DNA of 64,000 nucleotides, taken from Eledone cirrhosa. Taxonomy: Eukaryota. Under the pieces are notes generated by a model. The model made no database searches, was not told the origin of the DNA, and saw nothing but the letters and a program-made list of their open reading frames with translations. Positions within the stretch are counted from its first letter, which is position 1; the number at the start of each line of letters is the position of its first letter. Below are positions 62,760 to 64,000 of this stretch, in pieces. The position numbers and the translations under genes were made by a program. Location of the stretch: positions 299,894,001-299,958,000 of the forward strand of contig OZ024743.1 of NCBI GenBank assembly GCA_964016885.1, given 5' to 3'.

Positions 62760-63700
62760 TGGCCCTGCCTTAACGGGAGCAGGTATATCATGAGGTCGCT
62801 TTGTAGCAGTGTTATAATATAAAATCTATTGATTATGTACCAGATGTTACATCTATCACTCGCAATCATGCAGAGATATGTCGGTATGGGACAAGCCCGT
62901 TTTAAAACACGATGTTACTCGCTTGTCTCTTTCTTTTGGCACGCTAAAATGAATACTAACACAGCCTTGTCAAAATGAGTCTTGTACTTAAATGATAATG
63001 ATATCTTCCTGAAAATAGATGGTGTATTGGATTCGGTACTATAAATAACATAAATATAAAATCCCATTAGTTTAAGAAGATTAAACTGTCTATCCATAGA
63101 TATCTAGTATTTTTCTTTTTAGACTTCAACAGTTGAGATCTGGACTATTGGAAACTAGAAATCAAAGTTTAAGAAAAAGTATGGGAAAAAGCCAGTGTGG
63201 TTTATCTGCAGATTCCTCATTAGTTCAGCATAAAAATTATGTAAGAACCTGTTTAATAGGTAAGTCATTCTTCACTCTTTTGTTCTCTTTTCACGTATTT
63301 ATCCAAGTAAATCTTGAATATTTTTATATTTCGAGAAACAATTATGCTGCAATCAGATTTGTGCATTTGGTCTTGCAATCTTCTAAACGTTAAATATGTG
63401 CGTAATTTCGCTTCACTCATTATTGTTGCAGTTATGCAGCCATCATCCTCTCCGGGGCGTACATAAATATACAATTGCTGTCCGTATCCAATTTCCATGG
63501 CAGTCCGAGAAAGTAATCGATATTATGAGAGATTTTCTCACTCTTTTCATGAAATATTTTGGTCAGAAGATATCGCCTTTCCTCATATTGCACCTGTACC
63601 TTTTTCTCAAAATTATTGCTATCAAATTAGTGAAGTGCGTGTGATTTTGCAATGTTTGTTGAAAGGAGAACAACACATTAAATATGACTGTTATATAGTT
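62760..63700. pseudogene. Ancient rearranged PLE remnant (GIY-YIG piece on +, RT piece on -)
   Basis: + strand reads RYVGMG..FKTR..NTALSK at ~62870-62975; - strand has a DDG-containing segment at ~63435-63460. Confidence 0.45.
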
Positions 63701-64000
63701 GTTCATAAATCGAGGGTATGAGAAAAACGAGTTATATATTACATTAAATCTTATCTAATTTATAGTGTCATGGTGCTTTTTATAGAGAGCTAATAAAACT
63801 TACCTCCACTATTACAACTGGATGGTTCAACTTCATATCCTTCTTTGGATAGGCAAATCCGAGAAACTGCAGTCACATCGAAATGTTGTATATTTTTAAA
63901 TGAATATAGGTGTCAACTTGATCATGACTGTTTACATATTAAGAAATATTAGGAATAGACATCCGTTGCTTAAGGAGTCATACACCTCATTGTATTTGTT

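Overview
Eukaryotic, AT-rich DNA saturated with transposons. The SINE and microsatellite style suggests an octopod cephalopod, which is inference. No host gene is supportable. The window has two zones. (1) About 1.9-31.7 kb is a nest of non-LTR retrotransposons strung on (ATT/TAA)n tracts. Tx1/L1-like LINEs lie on + (one full-length at 9742-15741) and R4/Dong-like RLE LINEs lie on - (one full-length at 26491-30102), together with SINEs and an internally deleted Helitron. (2) About 34.9-64 kb holds Penelope-like elements (PLEs) inserted in (TA)n tracts. These include a 6.8-kb head-to-head palindromic PLE, smaller inverted PLE-end hairpins with the same geometry, and a near full-length GIY-YIG PLE with direct pseudo-LTRs. 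Highlights: that last element appears to join an upstream ORF to its RT-EN ORF by a -1 ribosomal frameshift at U_UUU_UUA; several PLE ends carry minimal hammerhead ribozyme motifs, some with the U3:A8 core; and both arms of the large palindrome share a YVDD->YVDY RT active-site change. All coordinates were read by eye and are approximate to a few bases.
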